Origin: Podarcis filfolensis
Taxonomy: Eukaryota
Assembly: GCA_964270895.1 (NCBI GenBank)
Contig: OZ185440.1
Reading direction: 5' to 3' (one strand)
Length of the DNA: 64,000 nucleotides
Shown: positions 1-13,306 of the stretch, piece by piece
Numbering within the stretch: position 1 is the stretch's first letter
Layout of the letters: each line of letters opens with the position of its first letter
Notes under the pieces: generated by a model
Told to the model about the DNA's origin: nothing
What the model saw: the letters and a program-made list of their open reading frames with translations, nothing else
Database searches by the model: none
Made by a program: the position numbers and the translations under genes

Positions 1-1167
1 GAGTGCAATCCTATTCATGTCTATACATGTTCACTAGATCTTACTTCAAGTTTAAGTGTGTACATTGCATACAGGATTGCAGCCTTAGGCAGGCAGACAG
101 ACAGACATAAGATTTTGGTGTTCCATTAAATTAGAACTTAGTTACTTATTATCTCTGAGAACGCTGGAATGAAGAAAACTTGGTAATATTACCTAGTAGT
201 TACTGTATTACATGCTGGCTTGTGAAAATTGAGTGGTTTTTACATGTTATGTTATTGTGTCTGGGAATTTTATTCTACTAAGCCAGCCAACATTTAAAAT
301 ATGCAATTTTGCTCTTTAAAAATCCTGCATGGTCATCCAGTCCGAGGAAGAGTTCTGCATTACCTAGAAGCTTATATAGTGCTTTGCAAACATTGGTTGG
401 TCCTAATAAAAGGCATTTAACTTATTCTGTAGAGATGGCTACCTCATTTTAATTTATATTTCCAGATGTTAATATCAGCCAGTCTCAGCTCCAGCAGAAC
501 ATGTTCAAAATGTCAGGGTTCAGCTCTTAAACATGCAACCATGAGGAAGGTATGTCTGGAAGCAGAGTGCCTTCCCTCTATCAGGTAGCCATACTCACTG
601 CTCCTTGACATTTCACATCCAGGGTTTTTTTACGCCCCCCCCCCCAAGCAGCTCACGACATACAACGGAACAGAGCAACAAAACATTAACATGCAATAAA
701 AATCAATCACAAAACCTCATAGCCACCTAGTAAGATTAAATATTACAAACATGTCTTATGCTTCCCACAGCAATGGGTGTGCGTAAAACAAGAAATCAGT
801 CTTTTAATCCATAATTAAATCACAGGTGTTTGTAGTTTTGGGGGTTGGATTTTTTGTTTTTGTTTTGGTAAGAACTAGACTTGGCATTCAACAGGAGCAG
901 AAGGTTGGGAGACAGCCTAGAAGAAGAAAAAGCTCTTAGCTATCTGATCCTAACCTCCCTATTTTGGCACAACATCTACCCAATGGTGCCTGCAGATGGA
1001 AAGTTCTCTCCCTAGGGAAGCTTGCCTGGCGCCTACTTGGTTATCTTTTCTGCACCAGGTGAATACTTCCCCCCTTCCTCCAGGCTACTTAAAAATCTTT
1101 CGGCTCTGAATCTGCATTGTCTGCTGTTTCATTTTTTATTGTTGTGTTTTTAGTACTTTAATGTAAT

Positions 1168-1641
1168 TGTTGTGAGTTTAGGCGAGTTAGGCTGTATATT
1201 CTAATTCCTGGATCCAACAAGGATTAAATATCAGGAACGGTCAGGCCATCTTCCTGGTGAAGTAATGGCCGAAGTATGGGTAGTTAAGGTAACAGATGAA
1301 ATGGCTCTGGGCCTGAGGACAAATGAGTGAGCCCCCACTTCAACTTGCTGTCAGTTAGAAAGACAAAAGATCAGAGTTGAGGTGTGTGAGCTAGAAGGAA
1401 AGCAGCAGACTGGACAGCTGAGAGACAGAGCCCTGCCTGATTTCTGCTGGGATCCAAGGCTGTGGCTATGGGAGAAGCAAGACCTTCTTGGGGTGTTAAT
1501 GCTGTGAGGCCCTCCATTGTAGGCTCCAGTTGTATATACGTGTAAATAAATCATATATCATAAGATACCATAGTCTCCACTGTCTCCCATGCCTATTCCC
1601 TGGAATCTCGTACTGCTCTGAGGTTCGGATGGTGTGCAACA
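1168..1641 (+). mobile_element. Probable solo LTR, 474 bp
   Basis: TGTTG...CAACA termini, AATAAA at 1545-1550, composition differs from flanks; no clean TSD. Confidence 0.5.
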
Positions 1642-2550
1642 ATATTTTAATTGAACACTATAAACTATAAATTACTGGGCGTTCTTTTGAAGGGCAGGAC
1701 ATGAATAAATGCTGCCGCCTCTGAATTAACACTGATTATGAGATATATCTCTAAAAACAATGGGGTCCATCTTCCAAGCTAAGTCAGTAACTCATCATAC
1801 CAACAAGCCAGCAAAAAATCCAAAAGATTGGCTGAACCTCTCCACATTCTTCTGTCAACATAAAAAAATAATAACCACCTTCGCTCTCACAGACAGGGAA
1901 TCAAGCATAGTCTGACTTTGTCTTCACTTATATGGTTATACTCTTAACTTGGCCAGTATAACACTCAGTCACTTTTACTGGGAGCCTGAATCATATGTAT
2001 GGCAGAGAAGACTGGGCAGACATGATGACCCTACAACAAACTAACATAGGGTTAAAAACACAGGTGGGGCTCATCAAGCTCAGATAAAGCAGCTGATATT
2101 ACTTCCAGGCTGAAGACTAACAGCCTACCTCCAACACAAGCAAACACTAGGCCAAATACAGGCCTCAAACAGAATCAAGGAAACGGGGGGCCAGTTTTTA
2201 AGGGCTGTAATATTCCTGTTGTCACTGAGTGCAAGCATCAGTCCTAACACTACTATTTTGTCCTTTGATAATCTTTACAAATACAGTTGGGTAAAAGCAT
2301 TTCAATAGCTTGTTTGTGCATGATATCATCAAGATTTTCTCCAACTTCAAAATATTTTTGAGAGGAGCTATAAAGAATATTAAGTACGCGCACAAGAAAG
2401 TCCAGGTTTTTCCTGGTTTTTACTATCACTGGATAATAGAGGAGGAAGGGGGTGTGGGAAATTGCTGCTCTGTGAGTAAACTACAGTTCTCAGGAGTCTT
2501 TGGGGGAAGCCATGTATTATTATTATTATTTTTTATTATTATTAAACTTA

Positions 2551-2630
2551 CCATATTTTTCTGTGTATAACACGCCCCCATGTATAAGACACCCCCTATT
2601 TTGGGGGGCTCAAATTTAGTAAAATGGGTG
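2551..2630. mobile_element. Partial copy of the 18716 MITE family, opposite orientation
   Basis: TA|ccatatttttctgtgtataacacgcccccatgtataagacaccccctattttggggg is the reverse complement of 18815-18880; right boundary uncertain. Confidence 0.6.
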
Positions 2631-3425
2631 ATGGCCCAGAGTTTTTCAGCTTTTGAGGGGGAGGATTGCCCAAAGTTGTCTTTATTTTTCCCCAATTTCA
2701 ACTGTAAAATGGTGATTTTCTTTTGTCAAAATGAGAGTACCCCTAAACATTTGGGGGGAACACTGCTTAGGACCTTTGTGGTAGGGTCGGGGGTCAGCTT
2801 CTCTGCAGCAGGGAAAAATCAGGCAAAAGTAACGGGATCGCATTGAGGTAGCTTGCTGTATTTCCCTTTTCCTCCAGAGCTACCACACTGTCCTCAACAG
2901 AGCTAGTGTTTTAGGGCTCTATCAAGATTAAATCAATTTCTCAGCCATTGTCTGTGGCTGCTTCCACACCAGAAGAGTCACACTCTGCTTACTTACTTTT
3001 TAGAGGGCAGATCCACAGCATCATCCACAAAATACCCCCTCTTGCATTTTCCTTCTTCAGCTTTCTTTCTAGAGCTGAAACAATCCAGCTTCTTAAACCA
3101 AATGAAATTGATGAGCAATTTCCCCCAGGTGTAGGTGGTTTATTCTGGCCAGTTACCACCACTAGAGATCTGCTTCTCTAGGATTCAGCTCTATTGCTTC
3201 AAATCTTCCCTACTAAATAACATCGCCTTTATGTGTTTAAAAAAACAAAAACCAGTGGGGAGGGGGACTAACATTACAAAAGCACAGAGGAGAAACAGAG
3301 CATTTAACCCTTTCCAGATGCATATTGAACCCCAGTAAAAATTGCAACACACACTTGACATACCTACAAATCACAGCACCCTTAATAAACTAGTTACCAG
3401 GATTTTTGGTGTGCGTGCTTTAAAT

Positions 3426-3575
3426 NNNNNNNNNNNNNNNNNNNNNNNNNNNNNNNNNNNNNNNNNNNNNNNNNNNNNNNNNNNNNNNNNNNNNNNNNNN
3501 NNNNNNNNNNNNNNNNNNNNNNNNNNNNNNNNNNNNNNNNNNNNNNNNNNNNNNNNNNNNNNNNNNNNNNNNNNN
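3426..3575. other. Assembly gap (150 N)
   Basis: Run of n. Confidence 1.
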
Positions 3576-6003
3576 GGTGTGCATGGGTCATATGCATATA
3601 GCCATATGTTCCTAGACAGAACGTCTGATCCTTCTGCCAAATGGCCCTCCCAGAAGAAAGTACCTCCATAGCAGTTCAGTTCCAACTAAATGTACCTGTA
3701 AACTGAGAGCAGGATATGCAAGTATTTGTATGGTTACTCTGGGTTCTGGCAGAGCCAGAGAGCTGACACAGAGCTGTGGAAAAAGAAATATAAACCCAGC
3801 CCATCCTAGATTGAAATCTTACACCTATTTGCATTGCCAAACCAAAGCAACCCCAAAGTATTTCCTGAGCAGTCTAATAGCATTTGTTTCGCTTTGACAA
3901 ACACAGTAAATTTTGCTATTTCATATCCACTCAAAGCCTAAATCAAAATTGCTGAAAGGTCTGGAAGATCCAGTCAACTTTTTTTATGTATACCCAGTTA
4001 AATACATATGCTTCAACTGTATATGTGCCTTTGCTTCTGGTGTACATAGTCTTCATAAACTGCCTCATATTCAGTCAGGTGCTAATGGAGTTGTTAATAA
4101 TTGAGGCTTTTTCCAAGCAGAAAGTTCTAACTCTTTTTAATTTTAACATATATGGGTAGTCCAATCCTCTAAACTGTCTGGCACAAATTTCCCCTCACAC
4201 GCTTTATACAAGGCACTGGGAGAGGAAAAATTGCACCAGTATTAGTCATTGCAGAAATTGGTGTCACAGTCCATGTATGAATCTTAGAGATATGTTTTAT
4301 TTGGTTGGAGGCAATTCTGCATACTGTATTTGGTTTCTGACATCATTACTCTTTTTATTTTGAAGTTTTATAGTTTTTAATAGTTATATCTGTATCTAAA
4401 AGAAAAATGTCTAAATCCTAAAACAGAAGTCATTTCCATCACTGCACATTTCCTCTAAAACCGGTAACTTACATGGAAAACAAACTTTGGAGTTAAAGTG
4501 TGCAGCCAGCAGTAGGCAGAAGTGGGAGAATGAAAGGAGGCCAGATTTAACGTCCCTCTCTTTTCCTAAATTAATACACTGGGCAACTTTTGAAAGGTGT
4601 TTCAGACCAAGGCCCTCAAGGAATATACAAGTGCTGGAATTTAATGGGGTTTCCCTTTTTCCAGAGGCCCTCACTCAAAACAGCTTTTGCTGGAATGTGC
4701 TGACATTGCAGAGTTTCAAACAGCAGGGCCAAAGCAGCACCAGGGGCTTAGAGGGGTGAAAGGGCAACAGAGCCTAATTAATTACAGCTTCCAAATGAAT
4801 ATCAATATGCCAGGGATGGGGGAGGAGCCCACTTGTGAATATCTTGAGGTTTTTGGTCCTGCTGTGAAAAATGCAAGGGCTTGGCAGCGAGAGTTGAGGA
4901 GAGGTGGAGGCCCTCCAGGAAGCAGGCAGAGGCCCAGTGACAAGCTTTTTGAAACTTTGGCCAGTTTCAAAGAGCTGAAATTACTGAAGGATGTCTGAAC
5001 TTTTTTTTAAGCATGCCAGATCCACTTGGATCCAAGTGAAAGGAAAATACAAGGAAATTGATGTTTAATGCAGTCATCGTCTTTGCAGGAATAGCGTTAT
5101 CCTCTCCCACCCACTCCTCCTTGGGGTCTAATTTAAACTGCTCAAACATCAAGGAACAGAAGTCCAGTATTTTGAGTGCTCCTGGAGGAAAGCAGCAGCA
5201 GCAACCAGACCAAATGCTGTTGCTTTTCAACATCTGTATTTTGGAACGCTTTGGTGTTTTGCTTAGCTCCACATCCTAGTGCTTGGATTAGCAAAGAACA
5301 GAAGCATAGTTTGGGTCTAGAAGAGAGTTTTTGGTGTCAGGCACAGGGCCCCAAAAGCCTGGACCTTTGATCCTCCAGGTTAGCAGGCAAGGATATTTGC
5401 CAGCTGCAGAGCACCTTTGGCTGTGCTTACAAAAGGAAACAGAAACCTTTATATGAAGTTTAACACCAGCAGGGGCTATTTTCTCTACTCACAGACTGTT
5501 AGCTAGTAACCCTTGAGAATGACTAGCAGGCAGTACAAGAGAGACCTGTGCTATGAAATGTGGAGCGTTTTTGTTCAGGGTTCCAGGGAAGCAGCCATGC
5601 CCCTTTGCAGGATACTCCATTCCAATTATTTTCTAAATTTTCTATTCTACCTTGCCTTCAATAGGCAGCCAGAAGTCCTTGCCTACTGAGTATGCTGAGA
5701 ACTATGTAGTGTGTTTTGGGGGGAGGGGTGTGTCCCTCTGTAAATTTTCTTCTGAAATGCTATTGTACTTCTGTAAGCATGGGGGTCCCCCTGAGACTGC
5801 CAAAAGCAAGCTAATTGGTAGCTGTGCAGTCCCATCTACCAGTCAAACTAGCTAGCATGTGGTGGGCCAGTACTCTTGATTGGGGGTGGAGAAATGAACA
5901 CTGGAAGCTGCCGTGCACAGAATCAGTGCATTAGTGTCAGTATTGTTGACATTGACTAGTGACTGCTCTCCAGAGTTTCAGATAAGGAACATTCTCAGCA
6001 CTA

Positions 6004-6075
6004 CCTAAAGATGTTGGGGATTGAACCTGGGACCTTTTGCATGCAAAACATGTGCTCTACCACTGCACTATGGTC
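6004..6075 (-). mobile_element. tRNA-Ala(TGC)-like SINE head fragment
   Basis: Minus strand reads cagtggtagagcacatgttttgcatgcaaaaggtcccaggttcaatcccc (pol III A/B boxes). Confidence 0.7.
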
Positions 6076-6317
6076 TGTCTCTGGGGTCGTCCTTGAAGAT
6101 TTTAAGAAACTAGAATGAGTACAAAATACAGTAATAAGTTTACTAGCTGAGAAAAGGCATATGAAACACACCTTATCTATATGGGCTCCCAGTCCACTAC
6201 TGAATCCAATTCAAGGTATTAGCTCACACTGTTGCAGCTAGGACTTAATGGTCTTTAGACCACCATCTCTGTTACTTCAATTGTGAAGCACACAATTAAC
6301 ATTCCTCTTCTCTATTC

Positions 6318-6627
6318 CCTGACATTTAAAACCCTAAACGGCTTCAGCCCTGTATACCTGGAGCATCGCCACTCCCATCTTTTAGGTCCAGCTCCGGTTC
6401 CCTCATTGTGAGAAGTGAAGTTACAGGGAACCAGGCAGAGGGCCTTCTTGGCAGTGGCACCCATCCAGTGGAACGCTCTCCAGTCAGATGTCAGAGATAA
6501 ACAATTATACAACCTTCCATAGACATCTGAAGGCCGTCCTGTATTGGGAAGCTTTTATTGTCCGATATATCATGTGTTTTTTATATTCTATTGGAAGCTG
6601 CCCATAGCGGCTGAGGCAACCCAGCCA
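6318..6627 (+). mobile_element. L2 LINE 3' fragment
   Basis: tttaaaaccctaaacggc...gaagttacagggaaccaggcagagggccttc...ggaagctgccca..ggcaacccagcc, a typical squamate L2 3' end. Confidence 0.75.
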
Positions 6628-6816
6628 ATGCTACTACACTCTTAAGAGTTACACTTTGCCAGACCCAATTAAAAGCAAACACTGATACTAAAAACACATT
6701 TACTTAGGAATAAGCACAATTGTGTTACAGAAAAGGATAATATATCTTTTAAGTGAAAATGGCAAAATGAGTGTTTGTAACTGTGTACACACCCAGCTGC
6801 CAGATCCAGGACTATA

Positions 6817-6837
6817 GGAGGAGGAGGAGGAGGAGGA
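6817..6837. repeat. (GGA)7 microsatellite
   Basis: Direct reading. Confidence 0.95.
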
Positions 6838-7630
6838 GGGAGAGGGAGTGCGGCAAGCCGTGTCACCTCTGGTGGGCCCTGGCATGCCCATACCAGCCTA
6901 GGTACTGACACCAAGGCTCTTTGCTTCTGCCCCCATCCAGGTAACAATGTCAGATTCTTCCCATAATGTCATTATTAAAAATGCACAACCTGAAAATTAT
7001 TATTATTTTCTAAAATAATTATAGTTTTATCAAGCACTGCAACATGAAGGAGATATCTCAATCATGTAAATATCCAATTATTTTACATAATTGTATCAAA
7101 CTATATGTCTAGGCAAGGCCCTAAAACTTTTCAAACCTCTCAGGCAAAGATAAGGTCAGAGTATTAAATCAAATTGGGGTGGGGGGCAGCATGGTTTCAA
7201 TATTGACATTATTGTAGCCATTCTACTCTATACAAATTAACAATTCTCTGTATGTTTGTCTCATTGTTACCTGTTATATGCAACTGCTCTCCTAGTTAGA
7301 TGCTGGGGTCTGAAGATTTTCAGTCAAACCTTCAGATCTCTGTTCTTGGTGGTGTCATGCCTCAAGACATGGAGGAGGGTGCCACCTAGTGTACTTCTGC
7401 TTAGGACTTCCTTATGCCAAGATGGCAAGAAACATACACATTTGGGACTATTAGCATTTTCCCCGCCCCACATTATAAGGATTTATTGCTTAAGGAAAAC
7501 CACATTATTTTAGAAACATGGATGCAATCCCTTGGTGGACAAAAGCTCACAAAGCATTATTTCTTAAGGGGAAGCTAGGAGATGCAACAAAGCAGCGTTT
7601 CTGCCATTAGGTTTATTAACCATAGCCTAG

Positions 7631-7879
7631 TGTCAGCGTTTCTTGTGCTGTTCACTTGTGTTCCTTTGGTGGTGAGAGAGGTTGGGGTTGGCCTAGGGTG
7701 TGGTTGTTTATTTGTGATTGGCTGTGGTGATCTTTGTTTTTGTGTGTGAGTGGGGTGGGGGGGTGGGTGTTTTGGATCAGGTTAGCCATATTGATTTGTA
7801 TGCTGTTGGTGGGTTATTGTCATTGTCTTGTTGGGCTGTGTACGCGACCCCACCCCCACCCATCTTCCCTCCCTCCACC

Positions 7880-7920
<41 letters not shown>

Positions 7921-8040
7921 CTTTTTCCTGTAATGTCTCAACAAATGAAACGGATTTGTAAAAATGTTACATGGAAAAAATATGAGAGACATTACACTTA
8001 CTACTGTAAAACAAGAAAATCTTTAATAATAATAATAAAA
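7631..8040 (+). mobile_element. 5'-truncated non-LTR retroposon (L1-like 3' UTR) with 16-bp TSD
   Basis: Direct repeat attaaccatagcctag at 7615-7630 and 8041-8056; (AAT)n-AAAA tail; GT-rich body with (TC)17. Confidence 0.75.
7883..7916. repeat. (TC)17 microsatellite
   Basis: Direct reading. Confidence 0.95.
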
Positions 8041-8984
8041 ATTAACCATAGCCTAGATTCTGAAATAGGCTCCGGTTGTGACTGTTGACAGTGGTCAGCA
8101 ACTATTGAAGGGGGATTCCAAAGGACAAATCCATTGGCACATGAGCCTCTGTATGGGAGGGAAGACTGCTTCCAGTATGCTAATGGCAAGCTTTGTTGAA
8201 ACTCAGGAGCCTGTTGTCCTTTAATAGCTGCTTTTTTTTCAGAGCAAATGGCAGAGATGCATTTAAGAAAGAGAGGCCTCCAGTAGACATGGTTATTCGC
8301 TCTAACCTAAACAGAACAGATTCTGAATTATTGTTGCTGGTGTGGGAGAATGCTTTTCCACTCAGCTTCTGCCTGTGAGCTTCCCATAGGCATCTGGTTG
8401 GTCACTGTGAGAACAGTGGCCTGATCCAGCCGGGCTCTTTTTATGTTCTTATAAGACAACTTTATTCAGTTTCTTAGTAAAAGACAGTGGAGCTGAACTG
8501 TCTTATTTTCAGAGCAAAGCTGGGAGCCTAAAGGTTCTCTCCAAATCTTGTACTTTTTAAGTTTTGAGAAATAGCACTATATTGCAGTTTCCAGAAAATT
8601 CTGTCAAGCTGAAGCAGAAGCCGAGCACGAACTCTTAAGATATGTCTACTCAAAAGTAAGTTCTGTTGCTTTCAATGGAGCTTAAAGCATAGGATCACAC
8701 CTTTTGAAACTAAGAGTACAATCCACTGAGAAGTTTTCCTGCACCGACGGTGTGGAAATGAAATGGAAGTGTACAGGAGAAAAACGGCACTCTCACAATA
8801 GTGTCTGCCATGTGGAGCTGCCACAGGAGAAAATGTACCGCAAGTGCTTTCCTGTGTCATGAACCCTCATGGCAAACAACCTGTTTTATCAGCTTCATGG
8901 AGTGACAAGCAGCCATCCAAAGCAGTTAAAAGTGAAATGGAAAATATTTTAGAACTTTATGCTACAACACTCAAGAACAAGAAA

Positions 8985-9345
8985 GGTCATGGCTCAGTGG
9001 TAGAGCACATGGTTTGCACTCAAAAGATCCAGCTGGCAGTCTTGGCATCTTCAGATACAGCTGGCAGTCGTAATGAGTTAGATCAGGGTTTGCCAATGCC
9101 ACTCCTGTGGAGACATGTGTACCAGCAGAGGCCTTCACTGAGGCTAAAAGAGTACCCTCCCCACCTACTGAAATTCAGGTTTTAAGTATTATAATGTAGT
9201 TAATAGACTAGGTTGTAGTCTATGTGAATGTGGAGTGCCCATGACAGTCTCACCAATTTGAAAATGTGCCCACAGGCCTAAACATGTTGGCAACCCCTGA
9301 ACTAGACAGGCCAATGGTCAGACTCAGTTTTAAGGCAGCTTCCTA
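8985..9345 (+). mobile_element. Decayed tRNA-Ala-derived squamate SINE, split by the MITE
   Basis: Head ggctcagtggtagagcacat; tail ccaatggtcagactcag..aaggcagcttcct resumes after the MITE. Confidence 0.6.
9084..9299. mobile_element. Old hAT-like MITE nested in a tRNA-derived SINE
   Basis: TIR cagggtttgccaa / ttggcaacccctg; degenerate TSD agttagat / aactagac. Confidence 0.6.
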
Positions 9346-11773
9346 CATAAGGAACCACTAGACAAGTGCTACAGGATCAGCAGAAGAAAGATGAGAACAG
9401 ACTGTAATTCTTACAATTTCAGCAGCTGGGACTCCAAAGAAATACTCAACTGGTCACCCCAGATTTTTTTTCTCCCTATGCAACTATTGACAAGAGCAAG
9501 ACAAGAAAAACAGAAAGTGAAGGTGGTGAAGGAAGAGTGGCCACTTTCTGTGGGATGTGGGGGAACTGCTGCACATTCCTAAATTAGGCGAGCCAGTGTC
9601 CAAAATGCAGTGGAGGCGGTGGATTCCAAGTGGTGGGGAGGTCAGCTGGAGGAGGATAATATTGGTCACATGTCTTGCTCTCCCAGTGGAGCTGGCGGGC
9701 ATTTAGAACATTGCTTTGTACTGGAACATCAGAGGAAAGCTACAAAGGCAAACAGCAGTAAACAGAAAAAACAGCAGAGCTCCAGGAACAGATTGGGAGG
9801 TGATGCCTTGCTTTGAATGTGTTTCAGACCCAGCCTCCTTATGTAATAGCTGCTCCTGGTTCAGTGTACCCTGCCATGCTCCAAAGGCAAACAAACCCTT
9901 AATTGGAGCAAAAGGCAAAGGAAGAGAGGGGACAGAATGAACTCTGGAACTGGAAAGGGCTCAAGTCTTTTCTCCGCTGCTGGAAGCTGCGATCATGTGA
10001 CTCAAGCTTTTGAAAAGGGGCAATTGCCCCTGCTAATTACAATACAGAGATGTGTGCGAAAACAAATGTGCATTAGCCCTAGGCGTGCTTTGTCATCATG
10101 GTTGCCTCGTGCAGGGTAAGTGGTTTGCCCATGTGGTCTCCTTTTCCCTTTGCTCCTGTTGAAAGTGGCTGAAGCCCCTGTTGCATGCTGCCCACTCTCC
10201 TGAACAGTGAAATGTTTCGGGGCAGCAAGATTGAGTTTAGCTTCCTTTGGATGCACATACTGGAGGACTTAAGGTGTCTTTGTAACATTGGTTTTTCTTA
10301 CAAAGCTGAGCATAAGCGAATGTAAACACAGCAATATTACAAGGCAGGAAATCGGCTGTTGCACATCAGATGCCCAAAGGCCTGGCACACCAAGGTGCTT
10401 TCAGTCAACTCACAACCACCTCTCTTGCTTTCACACTCCGATCTTATGCCTCCCTCAGCTGGAGGAGTGGTACCTCTATGACAAGTAACAGAGATTGCAA
10501 CTATGGATGCTTACACACAAGCAATTTTATCTGAAAGAGAAGAGTGACTCCAAACATGTGCAGAGTCCTACTCCAAACCCACAACCAACTCCCTCACACC
10601 ACGGATTAGGGTTAAAAAGGTATTCCAGTGTGTGCATTTAAAGACCAGCTTGTGCCCTGGGATGTTTAATTTTAGAAAGTAAGCGATGTCAGTGTTTCAA
10701 AAGTTCATGTCTGAATCTTTGATGCAACCCAAGGCCTTCTCCTGGTACAGCTCCTACTTCTGGTTTTTGGTCAACTCAAGCAAAGGCCTCCAGTTTGTCC
10801 TCACTGCTCACCTTAGGTGCTTCCAGGTGGGGGTTTAATATTGTAAATGGGGGCAGTGAGGTATCACAAATGGGCAATTGGAAACATTGAAAGAGAGAGA
10901 GAACAATTGTATTTCCCCTGAAAAGGTAAATCCAGATTAAATTTAGAAATATACAGACTGGTATTTTGAAGACAATGGCATCATATGAATGCTGCAAAAT
11001 ATTTTGGGAAGTCCTGCAAAGAGGGAATCTCTTAATGGCTGGTCTGCACTTTCAAACAAGCCCAGGGCTATTTGGAAGGAGCCCAAGACAATAATCAGGA
11101 TTTGGTTCCATACATTTGTACCTTCTACATGTGCTCTAGGGGCATCAACCTTTATCTGTCCTGCACAAGGGTCTTCAGATTGAAATAATGTGATATTAGC
11201 AGTATTGCAGAGTTATCAAAGGAGTGATGGAAAGAGGCCCACAGCTAAGGACTATGCTAGCCATCCAAATTACCTAACTGGTAAATATGCCTCTGCTTTC
11301 CCAGGCTCAGGGAGCTACTGCCGCAACCTGGTGCTCCCTTTTGGAAACCAAGAGTGACAGAAGCCTGAAAAGGCTCCTGAAACCTGCCACATGCAATCAG
11401 TAAAGCTCCCATCACACAGCACAGCTGAGAATTAACGCTTGTGGCATGTAGCTGCTTCACTCCTGGGCGTTTGGCTAATGCTTGAAAGGAAAGCTTGAAC
11501 CAGGAACAGAGTGTCCAAAATTCCACAAGAAAAAGAAAAAGAAATATGAAATCTACTACATAAGAAGGCCAAATAAACTCTGCAAGTTACTTCCCTTCCA
11601 AACAATAACACCAGCGATAGAGTGGTTTAGGATGCCATTGAATTTCCTAGATGCTTAGTATGGAGCAAGGCAGTTCCACTTAAGATACCCCACTGTTTTC
11701 CCTGCCTCCACCTGGGCCTATTGACTGCTTTGGAGGGAAAGGCCTGAGAACCACATGAATGCAAGCTACTGTT

Positions 11774-12060
11774 CAGGCGCACCACCTTGTCCTCGTGACA
11801 GAGGGGGCCTGGGGCATGCCAACATCACTGCAGCGTGTGCACATGACATCAGCACATTCCACGGCATGGTGACATTACTTGCGCATGTCGCAGGGGCGTG
11901 GTGCCATGTCGTGCGGATGCCCCATGGCGTGTATGCGAGTATGATGTGTGTATGTCCCACAGTGTGTGAGTGCCACCATGTAGAACTTTATGGATGCCCA
12001 GCCCCTTCATTGAACATCTGTGGGTGCCTGGGCTCCATAGTCCCGCATAGATGGTGCCTG
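11774..12060. mobile_element. Decayed CpG-rich non-autonomous DNA element
   Basis: caggcgcaccacc ... gatggtgcctg imperfect inverted termini; superfamily not assignable. Confidence 0.4.
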
Positions 12061-13170
12061 TGCTCCTGTTACAGAGAGTTCCTGAGAGGAAGACCAGAGT
12101 GTATTTCTAGAGTAACACTAGCGGTATCTTAAGACTTAGTATACACAGATCATAGTGGCAACTGTAAAGAGTGCCATGAAACGAAGTATATGCTTAGGTC
12201 AGAAAGCGTAAATACCAGTATATAATTATTATTACAGTACCTGGATTTTTATCCAGCCCTTCCCCCTACTCCACTGAGGCAAACAGCAAAACAATAAAAA
12301 TAATACAAACATTAAAAAAACACTATAAAGGAACCAAGTATCATCACAACTAAAAAGCACAGAATACAAAAAGAAGGTGCAAACTGACTGGGTTTGGGTA
12401 ATCAGTGTATGGTCTAACCAAAGTACACAAATTGAAGCTATGGTGTTACAGCAGAAATCTAAACCCAGGAGCAAAGTAGTGTGTATGAGTGTGTTGTTTT
12501 GAAGCTAGGTGTGGTTATCTGTGTGCTTCACAGTAGCCTTGTAAGGAGGGATATTTGAGCACATTTAAAATGAAACCAAGAAACCTGTGACATGGTAGAG
12601 TCACCCTCAACCAGAAACAGCAGTGTCATTCCAATAGTCTTTCTTTTCCTCTCCTTGCTGCCACACTCAGGTGGGTGCCCTCGGGAGCTGGGGGCCAAAT
12701 TTCACAAGGCATAAGCCTATTAAGCAAAACACTCACCAACAAGGACAGGGTTGTAGCTGCAGCACAGTAATCCAGAGGCAAGGTCAAGCAACAGTGCAAG
12801 GTCAACCTCACAGGGACTTCAAGTAAGATACCATACTCTACAGCAAGGAGTGGGGACTCAACTTAGAAAAAGGCACCAAAGACCTGTGTTGCTTCCAGTA
12901 CATGGAAGGCTCAAGAGTGTGACCTGGCTTCCTAGATCACACCCTAACAGCAGCTGCTGGTACTTAGAAGAGTGATTTGGTGATTTCTTACTCATGAGTA
13001 GATCACTTACTATCTGTGCAACAACTCTGGGCCCACTGTCACATGCTATGTTGTCGCTCTTTGGCCTGGACCTACAACCTTTTGGTACTAGCAAGCCCAA
13101 GGACTGTGGGGTGGCTCTACCTCTTCCCCTGACAGCTCCAAGGAACTTTCTCTGGAGCGCTCCTCTAGGG

Positions 13171-13306
13171 CAGGCTTCCTCAACCTCGGCCCTCCAGATG
13201 TTTTGAGACTACAATTCCCATCATCCCTGACCACTGGTCCTGCTAGCTAGGGATCATGGGAGTTGTAGGCTAAAAACATCTGGAGGGCCGAGGTTGAGGA
13301 AGCCTG
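13171..13306. mobile_element. hAT-type MITE, 136 bp
   Basis: Perfect 34-bp TIRs (caggcttcctcaacctcggccctccagatgtttt); 8-bp TSD ctctaggg on both sides. Confidence 0.92.

Noticed and set aside
6004-6075. tRNA-Ala(TGC)-like sequence on the minus strand
   Set aside because: The acceptor stem is degenerate and similar heads recur (8985) attached to SINE bodies, so this is a SINE head, not a tRNA gene.
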